From assembly GCA_963842525.1 (NCBI GenBank), contig CAWJGT010000034.1, positions 576,001 through 640,000 on the forward strand: 64,000 nucleotides of DNA. Reading direction: 5' to 3'. Below, piece by piece: positions 1 to 10,730 of this stretch. This stretch comes from an uncultured Holophagales bacterium (lineage in GTDB: Bacteria; Acidobacteriota; Thermoanaerobaculia; Multivoradales; UBA5704). Made by a program: the position numbers and the translations under genes. The notes below the pieces were generated by a model that did no database searches, had not been told where the DNA came from, and worked only from the letters and a program-made list of their open reading frames with translations. How positions within the stretch are numbered: the first letter of the stretch is position 1; each line of letters begins with the position of its first letter.

Positions 1-47
1 GGGAGGCGGCCAGGACCGCGAGGGCGGCTCTCACGGCTCCCCTTCCA

Positions 48-563
48 TCAGTCCTTGACGAACGTGCCCCGCTCCGGGTCCTTGCGCACGCCGGGGAACT
101 GGAGAGACCGGCCATGGGCCACGCAGTAGATTCCAGGCTGCAGCACTCCGGCGGCGAAGATTGCCTCCGTCAGGTTCTGCAAGGCGTCCGACTGCTTCAT
201 CTCGAAGGGACGCATCGCGCCGGTGAGCACAATGGGGATGCAAGGGTCCGAGATCTCGGCGACCAGGAGCTCGCCGGTGACGGCGAGGCGGTCGGTGCCA
301 TGGAGAATCACGATGCCGGCCGTATCGCTCTCGTTGCTCCCTCCGACGGCCTGGACGATCTGGACGATCCGCTCCCGGTCCGCATCGGTCATGTCGAGGC
401 TGTCCTTGCTCATCAGCTCGAGGACGTTGACATCCGTGTCCTCCAGCCGCAGCTCGGAAAGCATCCGCCGCACGATCGACCGCCGGTTGACGAGGTCGCC
501 CTTCAGCTCGTCATAGGTCTTCTCGATCGTCCCACCCGTGGTGACGAGGGTAATCTTGCGCAC
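48..563 (-). CDS. Asparaginase-domain protein (single domain)
   Basis: N-terminal TTGGTIEK, SKDSLDM, HGTD and LTGAMRP motifs of the L-asparaginase N-domain. Confidence 0.85.
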   Translation of the reverse strand: MRKITLVTTGGTIEKTYDELKGDLVNRRSIVRRMLSELRLEDTDVNVLELMSKDSLDMTDADRERIVQIVQAVGGSNESDTAGIVILHGTDRLAVTGELLVAEISDPCIPIVLTGAMRPFEMKQSDALQNLTEAIFAAGVLQPGIYCVAHGRSLQFPGVRKDPERGTFVKD

Positions 564-611
564 GAAGGGGACTCTATCGCGGGAGAAGCGAAAAAGGACC
601 GGCCCTGCGCC

Positions 612-1256
612 TCACAAGGACGAGAGGAACTGGACAAAGGGCTTGAAGCATTGCGAGCACTCTTCAGCAAGCGCCTCATACTGTCCGTGGCTGAGGATGA
701 GCGGAGCATCCACCGTGTCCTTGTACCGCTGGCCGCAGCTCTCGAAGAGAGCTTCAACGACCCGCTTCGGAGGCTGTTCGTGGTCCACGTCCTCGGCCGG
801 CAGCTTCCAGCTCTTCTTGAGATCGGCAACACCGAGCCGCGCCTTGAGCGCGCTAAAGGAGGCCAGAACGAGGGCTTCCAGATCGTGCTTGAAGCAAAAC
901 ACCTTGAACCGCTCCTCCAGATGACCCGTGTCCCGGAGGCCCTTCCGCTCCAGGGCTGCACGAAAGCTCCGAAGAATTCCTGCGGCGAGCTCCTCGGGCG
1001 TGGTATGGGGAAAGCCTCGGTTCTTCGGGTAGAGGTCGGGCATGGCGACGACCACCGTCTTCGACTCGCTGCGGAGGATGTTCACCGCCTTCTCCGGGAC
1101 CTTCAAAAGGACGGCTTTCTTCCGGTCTCCAGAAGGCGCATCGAAGAAATGGACTGCAACTCCGCGGTCCAGGAGACGCCGCAACAAGGGGGCGAGGAGC
1201 GCTCCCATCGCCGCCTTGTCCGACGGCCCTTCGACAAACACCTGGACTTTTCTCAC
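612..1256 (-). CDS. DUF4276-like (TOPRIM-like) partner of ABC ATPase
   Basis: VFVEGPSD start, MPDLYP and HDLEALVLA motifs; overlaps the ATPase stop. Confidence 0.8.
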   Translation of the reverse strand: MRKVQVFVEGPSDKAAMGALLAPLLRRLLDRGVAVHFFDAPSGDRKKAVLLKVPEKAVNILRSESKTVVVAMPDLYPKNRGFPHTTPEELAAGILRSFRAALERKGLRDTGHLEERFKVFCFKHDLEALVLASFSALKARLGVADLKKSWKLPAEDVDHEQPPKRVVEALFESCGQRYKDTVDAPLILSHGQYEALAEECSQCFKPFVQFLSSL

Positions 1257-2441
1257 GCGAGGCGCTCCAGCTCATCGCTGCGGTGCATGGCCTCGATCTC
1301 TTCGGAGCCAAAGTCCTCCAGGTTGCGCGCCAGCGCTTCGGAGTCCTTGGGCTTGAAGAATTTCGCCTCACCGTCTTCTTTGCGAAGCACGGCAATGCTA
1401 TCAAGGCCGAACTGGAGCAGGAAATAGGAGGCATGGGTGGCAAGAAGGATCTGCGTCCGGTCCGACGCCTTCTCGAAAAGGCCTCCCAGAAGCGGCAGGG
1501 TGCGGGGGTGCACCCCCTGGTCCGGCTCGTCGATGCAGATCAAGGCCGGCGGTTTCGGATGGAGACAGACCACCATCCAGCAGAGCAGACGCAGAATGCC
1601 ATCTGAGAGATCGGCGAGGCTGAGCTCGCTGTTCACACCTTCTTCCTGCCAGAAAGCGAGGACTTGGCCGGGCCCCCCTCGCGCTTTGACAGAAAGTGCC
1701 TTGAAGCCCGGCACGATGGAGCGCAGGTGCTGCTGCAGCTCTTCGAAAACCGGACGGTGTTCCGTGTAGAGGAAGTGAAGGACCGAGGTCAGGTTGCTCG
1801 CATCTTCCTGCAGGACAGGCTCCTGCTCGATCAGCACGGGCTGGCGGATCTTGTCATTCGCGATCTTCAAGGAGCTGTAAAAACGCCAGCTCTCGAGATA
1901 TTCGCGGAGGTCATACAGAGTGCGGAGCTCCGGATTGGTCGCAAGGCTCAGCGCCAGTTGGTTGGCCCGTCTCAGAGTCACCGGATACGAAGTCCCCTCG
2001 CTCTGGCGCAAGCGCCCAGACCCGGCCTTCAAGACAGGCTCGGACAGCGCCCCCGTTCCCTCTTCGACATCAAGATACTTGTAGCGAGTTGGCTCCCCCT
2101 CCCCCAGAGCCCGTTCGTAGGACACGTGCGGCCTGCCCACAGGGCCAGAAACTTGCCCCATGTAGGTGAGCAGTGGCTGAGAGCTACCCCAACCGACGTC
2201 CACGCTCCAGCGGAAGTGATCCGGCCCAGGCTTGTGGAAGATCTGCTGTCCCGCCGACCCTGCCACGATCTCAGGTGGAATCTCTTGCGACGAGCTATCC
2301 CGCAGAAATCTCAGAAACTCGAACAGACTGGACTTGCCAGAGCCGTTCGCTCCCACAAGAACTTCGAGTGAGCTGAGAGGCGCAGTAAACGATCGAAAGG
2401 CCCGGTAGCCCTCGATCTGGATGGAGGCTCAGGCGGAGCAT
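1253..2441 (-). CDS. AAA_21/RecF-like ABC ATPase (1-nt frameshift near 2425)
   Basis: Walker A GANGSGKS, LSDG signature, Walker B IDEPDQGVHP, ATH. ATG at 2441 reads MLRL-(shift)-SIQIEGYRAF into the ORF. Confidence 0.85.
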
Positions 2442-2465
2442 AGCGATGTTTCGTCCGGCGAGATC

Positions 2466-3239
2466 TTACCGCGAAACCGGCCCCCGCACCGGCGCCCCCG
2501 GGAACGCCATCCGCAGCTCCTCCGGCGAGACCACCCGCCACCGGCCCGGCTCCAGGCCGCCCAGCTCGAGCCCTCCGAACGAAACCCTCTTGAGACGGGT
2601 GACCTCATGGTCGGCGGCGGCCAGGAGGCGGCGGATCTCCCGGTTCTTTCCCTCGGTCAGCTCGACGACCAGGTGCGTCTCGCGGCCGGAGCGCTTGCGG
2701 ACCGTCAAATTCCGCGCGGCCAGGCGCTCGCCCTTGTCCTCGATTCCTTCCGCCAGGCGCCGGGCGGTCGCGTCGTCCAGCTTGCCGCGGACGGTGACCA
2801 GGTAGACCCTGGACACCGCGTTGGCCGGATCGGTCACCCAGTCGGCGAAGCGGGTGTCGTTGGTCAGGAGGAGGAGCCCGGTGGTGGCCGCGTCGAGCCG
2901 GCCGACCGGGACGACGTGGGCCTCCAGTCCTTCCAGGCAGCCGTAGACGGTAGGTCTTCCCTCCGGGTCCGAACGGGTCGTGACGACGCCTCGCGGTTTG
3001 TGGAGGAGGACGGTCAGCGGCTCCGCCTGTGCGGCTGGGCGGTCGTCGATCTCGACGCAAATGTGCTCCGGCACCACGGGTGCCAGGGGATCGAAAACCA
3101 CGCGCCCGTCAACCGCGACCCGGCCCTCGCGGATCAGGGTCCGCACCTGCGTCCGCGAAGCCAGGCCGAGCTTCGAGAGAGCGCGTTCGAGCGATACCTG
3201 TCCAGGGCCTCGTTGCAAGATCGTCCTCCGCGGCTCCAT
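2466..3239 (-). CDS. rRNA pseudouridine synthase, RsuA/RluB family
   Basis: S4 domain (LERALSKLGLASR), HKPRG, GRLD catalytic motif, EGKNREIRR. Confidence 0.92.
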   Translation of the reverse strand: MEPRRTILQRGPGQVSLERALSKLGLASRTQVRTLIREGRVAVDGRVVFDPLAPVVPEHICVEIDDRPAAQAEPLTVLLHKPRGVVTTRSDPEGRPTVYGCLEGLEAHVVPVGRLDAATTGLLLLTNDTRFADWVTDPANAVSRVYLVTVRGKLDDATARRLAEGIEDKGERLAARNLTVRKRSGRETHLVVELTEGKNREIRRLLAAADHEVTRLKRVSFGGLELGGLEPGRWRVVSPEELRMAFPGAPVRGPVSR

Positions 3240-3277
3240 CCTAGCCGCGGAGGACGAGATCCGGAGACCAGAGCTCC

Positions 3278-3982
3278 TTACGGACAGGTCGCGAACGCCG
3301 CCGTGTCCTGGATCGGCGGGAACGGCCGGTTCAAGGGGTTGATGTAGGGCTTGGAAGTCCCCGTAGACGTGTCGGTCACCGTGAGGTCGACCCGGACGTT
3401 GGTCAGGCCCGCGGCGAAGACCCAGTACCGGCTGTTGAGCGAGCAACCGTTCAGGACCTTGACGATCAGCTCGACGTTGGAGGCGCTGAAGAACGTAAAG
3501 TAGCCCGAATCGTCCGTGAGCTTGACCGCCTGCGCATTGCCGGCCTGCCCGGAGGCAGTCTGGAACGTGGCGCGCACCTGGAAGCGGCCGCCGTTGAGGC
3601 AGATGGTCGTGGCGTTCTGGGTGCAGTTGAAGTCGAAGGTGGTGGCAAAAGCCTCATTGGAGTAGCCGGAGTCGCCGGAGCCATTGCGGGCCTTGATCCT
3701 AAAGAAGTAGGTCACGCCCGGCTCCAGGTTGAACACGGTGGCGGTCGTCGAATTCGCTGGAATCAGCGGAGAGAGCTCCTGGTAAGAGGTCGTGGGGGTC
3801 CGGGCCTCGAGAACGAATGCCGTCTCGTTGTTCGAATTGTCCTGCCAGGTGATCTGGATCTGGTCGTCGGAAATCGTCGTCGCGACGAGGTTCGTGGGCG
3901 CCGAGGGTACCTGGGCCACAGCCGCTGTCCCCATCAAGAGGAACAGGCCAAGTCCGATCATCACGGAAATCTGTCTGCGCAT
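3278..3982 (-). CDS. Secreted fibronectin type III protein with Cys-containing C-terminal domain
   Basis: Signal peptide, FN3 (PSAPTNL...WQDNSNNE...YSNEA), C-terminal KVLNGC...YWVFAAGLTN domain. Confidence 0.8.
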   Translation of the reverse strand: MRRQISVMIGLGLFLLMGTAAVAQVPSAPTNLVATTISDDQIQITWQDNSNNETAFVLEARTPTTSYQELSPLIPANSTTATVFNLEPGVTYFFRIKARNGSGDSGYSNEAFATTFDFNCTQNATTICLNGGRFQVRATFQTASGQAGNAQAVKLTDDSGYFTFFSASNVELIVKVLNGCSLNSRYWVFAAGLTNVRVDLTVTDTSTGTSKPYINPLNRPFPPIQDTAAFATCP

Positions 3983-4062
3983 GGAGCTCTCCTTTTGCCG
4001 AGGGCTGTCGCCCGGGTTCAAGGAGGTGCGCAAGCAATTACCGCGCCTGAAGGCGCGACGAT

Positions 4063-5296
4063 CTACTCGTACCGCAACGCATCGATGGGATCGAGGCTGG
4101 CGGCCCGGGTGGCGGGATAAAGGCCGGAGGTGAGGCCTACAGCCATGGCCACGCCGGTCGAGAGGAGGATGGAGGCGCCGGTGACCACGGTTTCCCAGCC
4201 GGCGTAGAGGGCCACGCCGCGGGCGATGCCGAGGCCGACCGCGATGCCGGCAAGGCCGCCGAGCAGGCTGATGGCAAAGGACTCGACCACGAACTGGAAG
4301 CGGATGTCGCTCCGGCGGGCCCCCACGGCGCGGCGGACGCCGATCTCCCGCGTCCGCTCCAGCACGGTGGCCAGCATGATGTTCATGATGCCGATGCCGC
4401 CCACCAGCAGCGAGATGCCGGCGATGCAGCCCATGACGACGTTGAACAGCCGCTGCGTGCGGCGGCTCTGCGCCAGGAGCGCCTCGGGGACGACCAGCTC
4501 GTAATCCTTGGCGCCCCCGTGCAGCCGGTCGAGGAGGTCGCCGATCAGGGTCGCGGTCTGCGCCGCGTTGGTCCCGTCCTGCAGGCGGACCACGATCTCG
4601 TCGAGCGGCGCGTCGAGCGGCGGATGGTCGAACTTGCGCTCGGCTGTCGTCACCGGGACGTAGACCTCGTTCGCCACCGAGCCGATCGGCACGCCCTGGA
4701 AGCTCGTGCTCTCGCCGGTCGGTTCGAGCACGCCCACCACCTCCAGCCAGACGTCGTTGACTTTGAAGACTTTTCCCAGCGCCGGCTCATAGCCGAAGAG
4801 GTCGCGCCGCACCCCCGAGCCGATCACCGCGACCTGGGCGTGGGTCTTCTCGTCCAGCGGATCGAGGAAGCGCCCCTCCTGGAGCGTCAGATGGGAGAGG
4901 TCGACGTGCTGCCAGCTCACGCCGAGGACCGTGGCCTCGGTCTTCCCCGCCGGCCGAGAGCACTTTGTAGGGCTCGACCTTGACCCGCGGCGCCACCGCC
5001 TCGACACCGGGCACCGCCTCGGAGATGGCGGCCGCGTCGCGGAAGGAGACGCCCAACGACTTCTGGCGGACCTCCTGGAGCTCTTCCTGCTTGATCTCCC
5101 TGTCGCGGACCAGGACGTTGCGCACGCCGAGGCGCTCGATCATGCCCATGGCCTGTTGCTCGGCCCCGGCGCCGATCGACAGCATGGCGATCACCGCGCC
5201 CACGCCGAAGATCATGCCCAGCATGGTCAGGGCCGAGCGCAGCTTGTGCGCGGCAAGGTTGTCGACCGCGGAGCGGAAGGCCTCGCGCGGCGTCAC
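4063..5296 (-). CDS. MacB/FtsX-family ABC permease (frameshift near 4948)
   Basis: KLRSALTMLGMIFGVGAVIAM in one frame; GGIGIMNIMLATVLERTREIGVRRAVGA...DPIDALRYE in the next. Confidence 0.88.
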
Positions 5297-6597
5297 CGGG
5301 CGCCTCCCGGCGCGGACGGCGCAGACGGCGTGGCCTCGGAGCCTTTCTCGTCCTCGTCCCCGGCCTCGGCCCGCGGCCGGGTCGGATCGGTCAGCGCCAG
5401 CAGGTCGCCCGGCGCGATCCCCTTCTCCACCACGACCTTCCCCGCGCCCGAGGAGCCGAGGGTGACCTCGACCGGCTCGAAGCCCTCGCCCTTCTTGCGG
5501 TAGACGACCATCTTGCCCTCGCGCTCGAAGACCGCCTGGCGCGGCACCGCCAGCGCCTCCTTGCGCTCTTCGAGGACGAGGGTGGCCCGCACCCGCTGGC
5601 CCGGCTTCATGACCCCGGGATCGGTGCGCGCGAGCTTCAGGGTGACGGCGAAGTACTGCACCGGGGAACCGCGCAGGCGCGGCTTGGCAAGGGCGTCGAC
5701 GCGCCGGATCTCGGCGGGATAGACCTGGTCCGGGCGCGACTCGAGGACCACGGACGCCGGCTTGCCAGGGGCGAGGCCGCCGGCGTCGGCCTCCAGGACG
5801 AAGACCTCGGCCTCCATCTGCGCGAGGTCGGGGATCTCGGCCAGAGGCTGGCCGTTCCAGACGCTGTCGCCCACCCGCACCGGGTTGCCCCGCCAGTCGC
5901 GCTGGAGGACCAGCACGCCGTCGTAGGGGGCCGTCACCTCCAGGGCCTGCAGGGCCTGCTCGGAGCGGCGGATCCGGATCTCGGCGCGGCGGCGCTCGAT
6001 CGCCAGCAGCTCGAGCTCGGTGGAGCCAAGGCTCTGCTGGGAGCGGCGGCTCTTGCGCGCGTGCTCTTCCTTCTCCCGCGCCAGGGTCTGGTCGATCTCG
6101 GACTCGATGATCTCGTTGCGCGAGAAGACCAGGTCGTCCTTTTTCTGGAACTTCTGCGCGTTGTCCAGCTCCTCGCGGGCCAGGCCGGCCGTACGGTCCA
6201 GCTTCGTCACCTCGGCCTGCGACTGGACCTCCTGCTTGCCGATCTTGAAGCCGGCGCTCTCGCGGTCGTCCCTGGCGTTGGTCAGGTCCTTGACGAGCTC
6301 GGAAGCGTCGAAGCGCGCCACCACGTCCCCGGCTTTCACCACCGAGCCGTCGGGCGCCAGCCAGGCGATCCGGAACGGGCCTGGCGCTCCCATGGGGACG
6401 GCGACCTGGGTCGCGCGGATCGCACGGAGCGTGCCCTGGGCCGGCACCCGTCGCGCGAACGGCTCCTTTTCGACCCGGAAGACCGGCATCGTGGCCGCCC
6501 CGCCGCCGAGCGATCGCGGCAGGAAGGCCGCGAGAAGGAGGACGACCAGGGCGGCTCCGGTCCCGAAGCCGATCCAGGAGAGCTTCCGGCGGCTCAC
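5293..6597 (-). CDS. Efflux periplasmic adaptor (MacA/HlyD family)
   Basis: N-terminal TM, coiled coil, APYDG, MKPGQ, AVPRQAV motifs. Confidence 0.88.
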   Translation of the reverse strand: MSRRKLSWIGFGTGAALVVLLLAAFLPRSLGGGAATMPVFRVEKEPFARRVPAQGTLRAIRATQVAVPMGAPGPFRIAWLAPDGSVVKAGDVVARFDASELVKDLTNARDDRESAGFKIGKQEVQSQAEVTKLDRTAGLAREELDNAQKFQKKDDLVFSRNEIIESEIDQTLAREKEEHARKSRRSQQSLGSTELELLAIERRRAEIRIRRSEQALQALEVTAPYDGVLVLQRDWRGNPVRVGDSVWNGQPLAEIPDLAQMEAEVFVLEADAGGLAPGKPASVVLESRPDQVYPAEIRRVDALAKPRLRGSPVQYFAVTLKLARTDPGVMKPGQRVRATLVLEERKEALAVPRQAVFEREGKMVVYRKKGEGFEPVEVTLGSSGAGKVVVEKGIAPGDLLALTDPTRPRAEAGDEDEKGSEATPSAPSAPGGAR

Positions 6598-7904
6598 TTC
6601 CCCTCCTCTTCGCCGGCCCCGAGGTCGCGGCGCGAGACCTTGTCTCCCGCGGAGAGACCCTTCTCGATCTCGACCCAGCGGGCATTGCGGCGGCCGAGCA
6701 CCGGCTCGACCGGCTCGAAGCCCCAGCGCGTCCGGCGGTAGACCACCGGGCCGTCCGGCCGGTTGAACACCGCCGCGGCGGGGACGACGAGCGCCTTGGA
6801 GGCGCGGTCCAGCTCGACGGTGCCGAGGAACCGCATGCCCGGGCGCATGCGCTGCGGGTCGGTGCGGTCGAGCGCGATCTTCAGATCGACCACCTTGACC
6901 GGGTCGTTGGGCGACTTCGTCTGCACCGCGCCGCGGATCGAGAGCACCTGGCCGGTGTAGACCACGTCAGGATGGGCGTCGAGGCGGAGCGTCACCCGCT
7001 GCGCGGGAGCCACGCGGCCCGCGTCGGCCTCGTCCACCTGCCCGTCGGCCATCATCTGGCGCAGGTCGGGGATCTCCAGGATCCGCTCGCCGCGCCAGCA
7101 CGAATCGCCGATCTTCTTCTTCTCCCGGCCGCGCCGCGGATCGGACGAATAGACGACCGTGCCGTCCCGGGGCGCCAGGACGGTCATGAGGCCGATAGAC
7201 TTCTCGGTCTCGCGGACCCGGGCGGCGGCGCCGTCGCGCTTGTTGCGCAGCGTTTCGATCTCCGCCTGCGCCTGTTCGCGCTGCAGCCGGAGGCGCCGTT
7301 CGAGGTATTCGATCTCGCGCCGCGCCAGGGTCAGATCGGCCTGGGATTCCCGGATCTCCTTGGCCGAGACCAGCTCGGGAGGCACCTCGACCTTGAGGGC
7401 GGCCCGGCGCTCGCGGGCCTGCGCCTCGGCCAGGCGCATCTCGTTCTCGGCGCGGCTGATCTCCAAATTGGTCTGCCGCTTCTCCAGCTCCTTCTGCGCG
7501 GAGTCGCGCTCTGCCATCTTCTCGAGGAGGGTGTTCTCGAGCTGCGAGGTGTCGAAGCCGAGGACCGGCTGCCCCTGGTGGATTTCCATCCCCTCGGGGG
7601 CCATGAAGGCGATCTTGAAGTCGAAGACGTCGGTGACCCCCGGCGGGCCGAGCACGGCGGAGTCGACGGCGCTCAGGGTGCCGGTGACCTCGACGCCGAC
7701 GACCAGGTCCTCGCGCTGCACGTCGGCCCAGTCCTCCGGCGCCATCCCCTTGGAGGCTGGATCGGAGCCGCCGCCGGTGAAGGCCCAGAGGCCGAACAGG
7801 GCGGCGAGGAACAGGGCGCCGGCCGCGAAGACCCTCACCCCCCGGCCCCCTCTCCCGAACCGGGAGAGGGGGAGGAAGACTCCATCTCCATTTCGCGCTT
7901 TCAT
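6594..7904 (-). CDS. Efflux periplasmic adaptor (MacA/HlyD family)
   Basis: APRDG, MRPGM, VVPAAAV motifs; ATG at 7904 overlaps the upstream stop. Confidence 0.88.
   Translation of the reverse strand: MKARNGDGVFLPLSRFGRGGRGVRVFAAGALFLAALFGLWAFTGGGSDPASKGMAPEDWADVQREDLVVGVEVTGTLSAVDSAVLGPPGVTDVFDFKIAFMAPEGMEIHQGQPVLGFDTSQLENTLLEKMAERDSAQKELEKRQTNLEISRAENEMRLAEAQARERRAALKVEVPPELVSAKEIRESQADLTLARREIEYLERRLRLQREQAQAEIETLRNKRDGAAARVRETEKSIGLMTVLAPRDGTVVYSSDPRRGREKKKIGDSCWRGERILEIPDLRQMMADGQVDEADAGRVAPAQRVTLRLDAHPDVVYTGQVLSIRGAVQTKSPNDPVKVVDLKIALDRTDPQRMRPGMRFLGTVELDRASKALVVPAAAVFNRPDGPVVYRRTRWGFEPVEPVLGRRNARWVEIEKGLSAGDKVSRRDLGAGEEEGK
7832..7875. repeat. CCCTCACCCC...CCCTCTCCC/GGGAGAGGG palindromic repeat inside a CDS
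   Basis: Hairpin ccctctccc-gaacc-gggagaggg; same family as 9181, 40022 and 59427. Confidence 0.7.
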
Positions 7905-9118
7905 CCGATCCCTCCGGCCCGGGGCCGCAGCCGCGTCCCCTCGTCCAATCCCTGCTCGACGACGCATTCGGCCGCCGAGCAGGCGCCGAGCTTCAACTCG
8001 GCCGTGCCGCCGCCGGCGAGCAGGGCGCGCGGCGGCTTGGCGCCCAGGTCGAGCCCGGCCCGCGGGGCCAGCAGGGCGTTGCGAACCGCCGGCTGCAGGA
8101 CCTCGACCCGCACGGACATGCCGGGGCGCATCCGCTGCGGGTCCAGCCGCTCGAGCTGGACCTCGACCGTGAAGAAGCGCAGCAGCGGGCGGCGCATCGT
8201 CTCCTGGGCCACGGCGGACATCTTCACCACCCGGCCGCGGAAGGTCTCGCCGGGATAGGCGTCGAGGGTACAGAGGGTCTCCAGGCCGCGACGGATGCGG
8301 CCGTCGTCGACGTCGGGGAGGTCGGCCTCGACGATCAGCGACGTGAGGTCGGGCAGGCTGGCCACCGGCCAGCCGACGAAGACGGTGTCGCCCTCGCGGT
8401 ATTTGCGTCCCTCCCAGGGGTGTTCCTTCACGAGCATGATGCCGTCGCGCGGGGCGCGCAGGATGAAGGCCTGGATCGCGGTCTCGGCCTGCTGGATCTC
8501 GCGGCGGGCACGGCGCAGGTTGATCCGCTGCACCTCCAGGTCGGCCGCGCCTGCCTTGCGGGAGGACGACAGGTCGTCCTCGGCCTTGGCCAGCTCGACC
8601 TCGGCGCGGCGCTGGGCGAGCTGCCGCTCCTGGTGCTCCCGCGGCGAGAGGAGTCCTTCCGGCACGGTGGCCGCGATGCGCGCCTTGTCCAGGTCGGTCC
8701 GCTTCTGCAGGACGGCGAACTCCTTCTCGGCGAGCTGCGTCCGGGTCTCCGCCTGCTTGCGGTCCAGCTCGTTGGCGGCCTCGGCAGCCGCCAGCCGCTT
8801 CTGCTCGAGGTCCGTGGTGAAGGCCGAGTTGTCGAGCTCGACCACCGGCTGTCCGGCCTTGATCGGGCTCCCCTCCTGGGCGATCGAGCGGATCTGGGCC
8901 TGCCAGGTGGGCGTGCGCGGCACGGTCAGCTCCTCGGCCCGGGAGGCCACGAGCTCGCCGGTCAGGAGCAGCCGCGGGCGGAGGTCCCCGCGGCGGACGG
9001 TCAGCTCCACCGACCCTCCCGCCAGCCGCGAGGCATGCTGCGCCCCCACGTCCCCGGCGCAGGAGGCCAAGGCGAGGATCGCGGCGAGAAGGAGCGGTAT
9101 GACGGAGATATTCTTCAT
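7901..9118 (-). CDS. Efflux periplasmic adaptor, probable lipoprotein
   Basis: Lipobox LASC, APRDG and MRPGMS motifs. Confidence 0.85.
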   Translation of the reverse strand: MKNISVIPLLLAAILALASCAGDVGAQHASRLAGGSVELTVRRGDLRPRLLLTGELVASRAEELTVPRTPTWQAQIRSIAQEGSPIKAGQPVVELDNSAFTTDLEQKRLAAAEAANELDRKQAETRTQLAEKEFAVLQKRTDLDKARIAATVPEGLLSPREHQERQLAQRRAEVELAKAEDDLSSSRKAGAADLEVQRINLRRARREIQQAETAIQAFILRAPRDGIMLVKEHPWEGRKYREGDTVFVGWPVASLPDLTSLIVEADLPDVDDGRIRRGLETLCTLDAYPGETFRGRVVKMSAVAQETMRRPLLRFFTVEVQLERLDPQRMRPGMSVRVEVLQPAVRNALLAPRAGLDLGAKPPRALLAGGGTAELKLGACSAAECVVEQGLDEGTRLRPRAGGIG

Positions 9119-9180
9119 GCGAAGCAGCGCAAGCGCTTCCTGAACAACGTATACGGGACTTGGAAGCTTCCCGTTTAAGC

Positions 9181-9224
9181 CCTCACCCCCTGGCCCCCTC
9201 TCCCGCGAGCGCGGGAGAGGGGGA
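9181..9224. repeat. Intergenic palindromic repeat
   Basis: cctcaccccctggccccctctcccgcg-ag-cgcgggagagggg hairpin. Confidence 0.75.
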
Positions 9225-9230
9225 ACGCGG

Positions 9231-9899
9231 CTACTCCCCCGGCCCCGGCTTGGCGTCCGTGCCTCCGGCGGCGGCGCCGAAATCCACGCGCGGCGCGGTC
9301 TCGGCGCCGGGTTGCGACTGGAAATAGGGCCTCGGCTCGAAACCGAAGATGCCGGCGAAGAGGGCCGATGGGAAGCGTTTGATCTTGGCGTTATAGCCTT
9401 GAGCCACCTGGTTGAAGCGGTTGCGTTCCACGTTGATCCGGTTCTCCGTCCCCTCGAGCTGCACCATCAGGTCCTGGAAGCCCTGCACCGCTTTCAGCTC
9501 GGGATAGCGCTCCACCGTGACCAGAAGGCGGGAGAGGGCCGAGGAGAGCTGGTCCTGCGCCTGCTGGAACTGGGTGAACTTCTGCGGATCGTTCAGGATC
9601 TCGGCCGGCGCCTGCGCCGTCACCTGCGTCGCCCGGCTGCGCGCCTCGATCACTTCCCTCAGGGTCCCCCGCTCGAAGGCCGCCGCGCCCTGCACCGTGG
9701 CGACCAGGTTCGGGATCAGGTCAGCCCTGCGCTGGTAGGCGCTCTGGACGTTCGCCCATTGCGCGTCCACCGCCTCCCGGGAATTCACCAGGCCGTTGTA
9801 AGACCCGATACCGAAGAGGACCAGCACGACCAGCAAGCCGGCCACGACAAGACAGCCGATATTCTTCGTCATCTCCACCCCCTCCTTCGGGACCATCAT
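9231..9899 (-). CDS. lemA: LemA family protein
   Basis: YQRRADLIPNLV, ERYPELKA, LEGTENRI motifs. Confidence 0.95.
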   Translation of the reverse strand: MMVPKEGVEMTKNIGCLVVAGLLVVLVLFGIGSYNGLVNSREAVDAQWANVQSAYQRRADLIPNLVATVQGAAAFERGTLREVIEARSRATQVTAQAPAEILNDPQKFTQFQQAQDQLSSALSRLLVTVERYPELKAVQGFQDLMVQLEGTENRINVERNRFNQVAQGYNAKIKRFPSALFAGIFGFEPRPYFQSQPGAETAPRVDFGAAAGGTDAKPGPGE

Positions 9900-9929
9900 A
9901 CCTTCCTGCCCGTGTTACAGTGAGCCGGC

Positions 9930-10724
9930 ATGCGGCAATACCTCGACCTCCTCCGGCACATCCTGGAGCACGGGGTCGAAAAGGGGGACCGCACCGGGAC
10001 CGGCACGCTGAGCGTGTTCGGGTACCAGATGCGCTTCGACCTCGCCGTGGGCTTCCCCCTGGTCACCACCAAGAAGCTCCACCTCCGTTCGATCGTCCAC
10101 GAGCTGCTCTGGTTCTTGCAGGGGGACACCAACCTCCGCTACCTGCACGACCACGGCGTCACGATCTGGGACGAATGGGCGGACGAGAACGGCGTGCTCG
10201 GCCCCATCTACGGCCACCAGTGGCGCTCCTGGCCCACGCTGGACGGAGGGTCGATCGACCAGATCTCGCGGGTGGTCGAAGAGATCCGCACCCACCCCGA
10301 CTCCCGGCGCCTGGTGGTGAGCGCCTGGAACGTGGCCGATCTCGACCGGATGAAGCTCCCGCCGTGCCACGCCCTGTTCCAGTTCTGGGTGGCGCACGGG
10401 CGGCTGTCCTGCCAGCTCTACCAGAGGAGCGCCGACGTCTTCCTCGGCGTGCCGTTCAATATTGCCTCGTATGCCCTGCTGACCTCGATGATCGCCCGCA
10501 CCAGCGGCCTGGAGCCCGGGGACTTCGTGCACACCCTGGGCGACGCCCATCTCTATCAGAACCACCTGGAGCAGGCCCGCCTCCAGCTCCAGCGCGAGCC
10601 GCGGCCCCTCCCCCGCCTGGAGCTCGATCCGGCCGTGACCTCGGTCTTCGACTACACCTATGACGACGTCCGGGTGACCGGCTACGATCCGCATCCCGCG
10701 ATCAAGGCGCCCATCGCCGTCTGA
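9930..10724 (+). CDS. thyA: Thymidylate synthase
   Basis: [27 protein letters not shown] motifs. Confidence 0.98.
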   Translation: MRQYLDLLRHILEHGVEKGDRTGTGTLSVFGYQMRFDLAVGFPLVTTKKLHLRSIVHELLWFLQGDTNLRYLHDHGVTIWDEWADENGVLGPIYGHQWRSWPTLDGGSIDQISRVVEEIRTHPDSRRLVVSAWNVADLDRMKLPPCHALFQFWVAHGRLSCQLYQRSADVFLGVPFNIASYALLTSMIARTSGLEPGDFVHTLGDAHLYQNHLEQARLQLQREPRPLPRLELDPAVTSVFDYTYDDVRVTGYDPHPAIKAPIAV

Positions 10725-10730
10725 GGGAGA

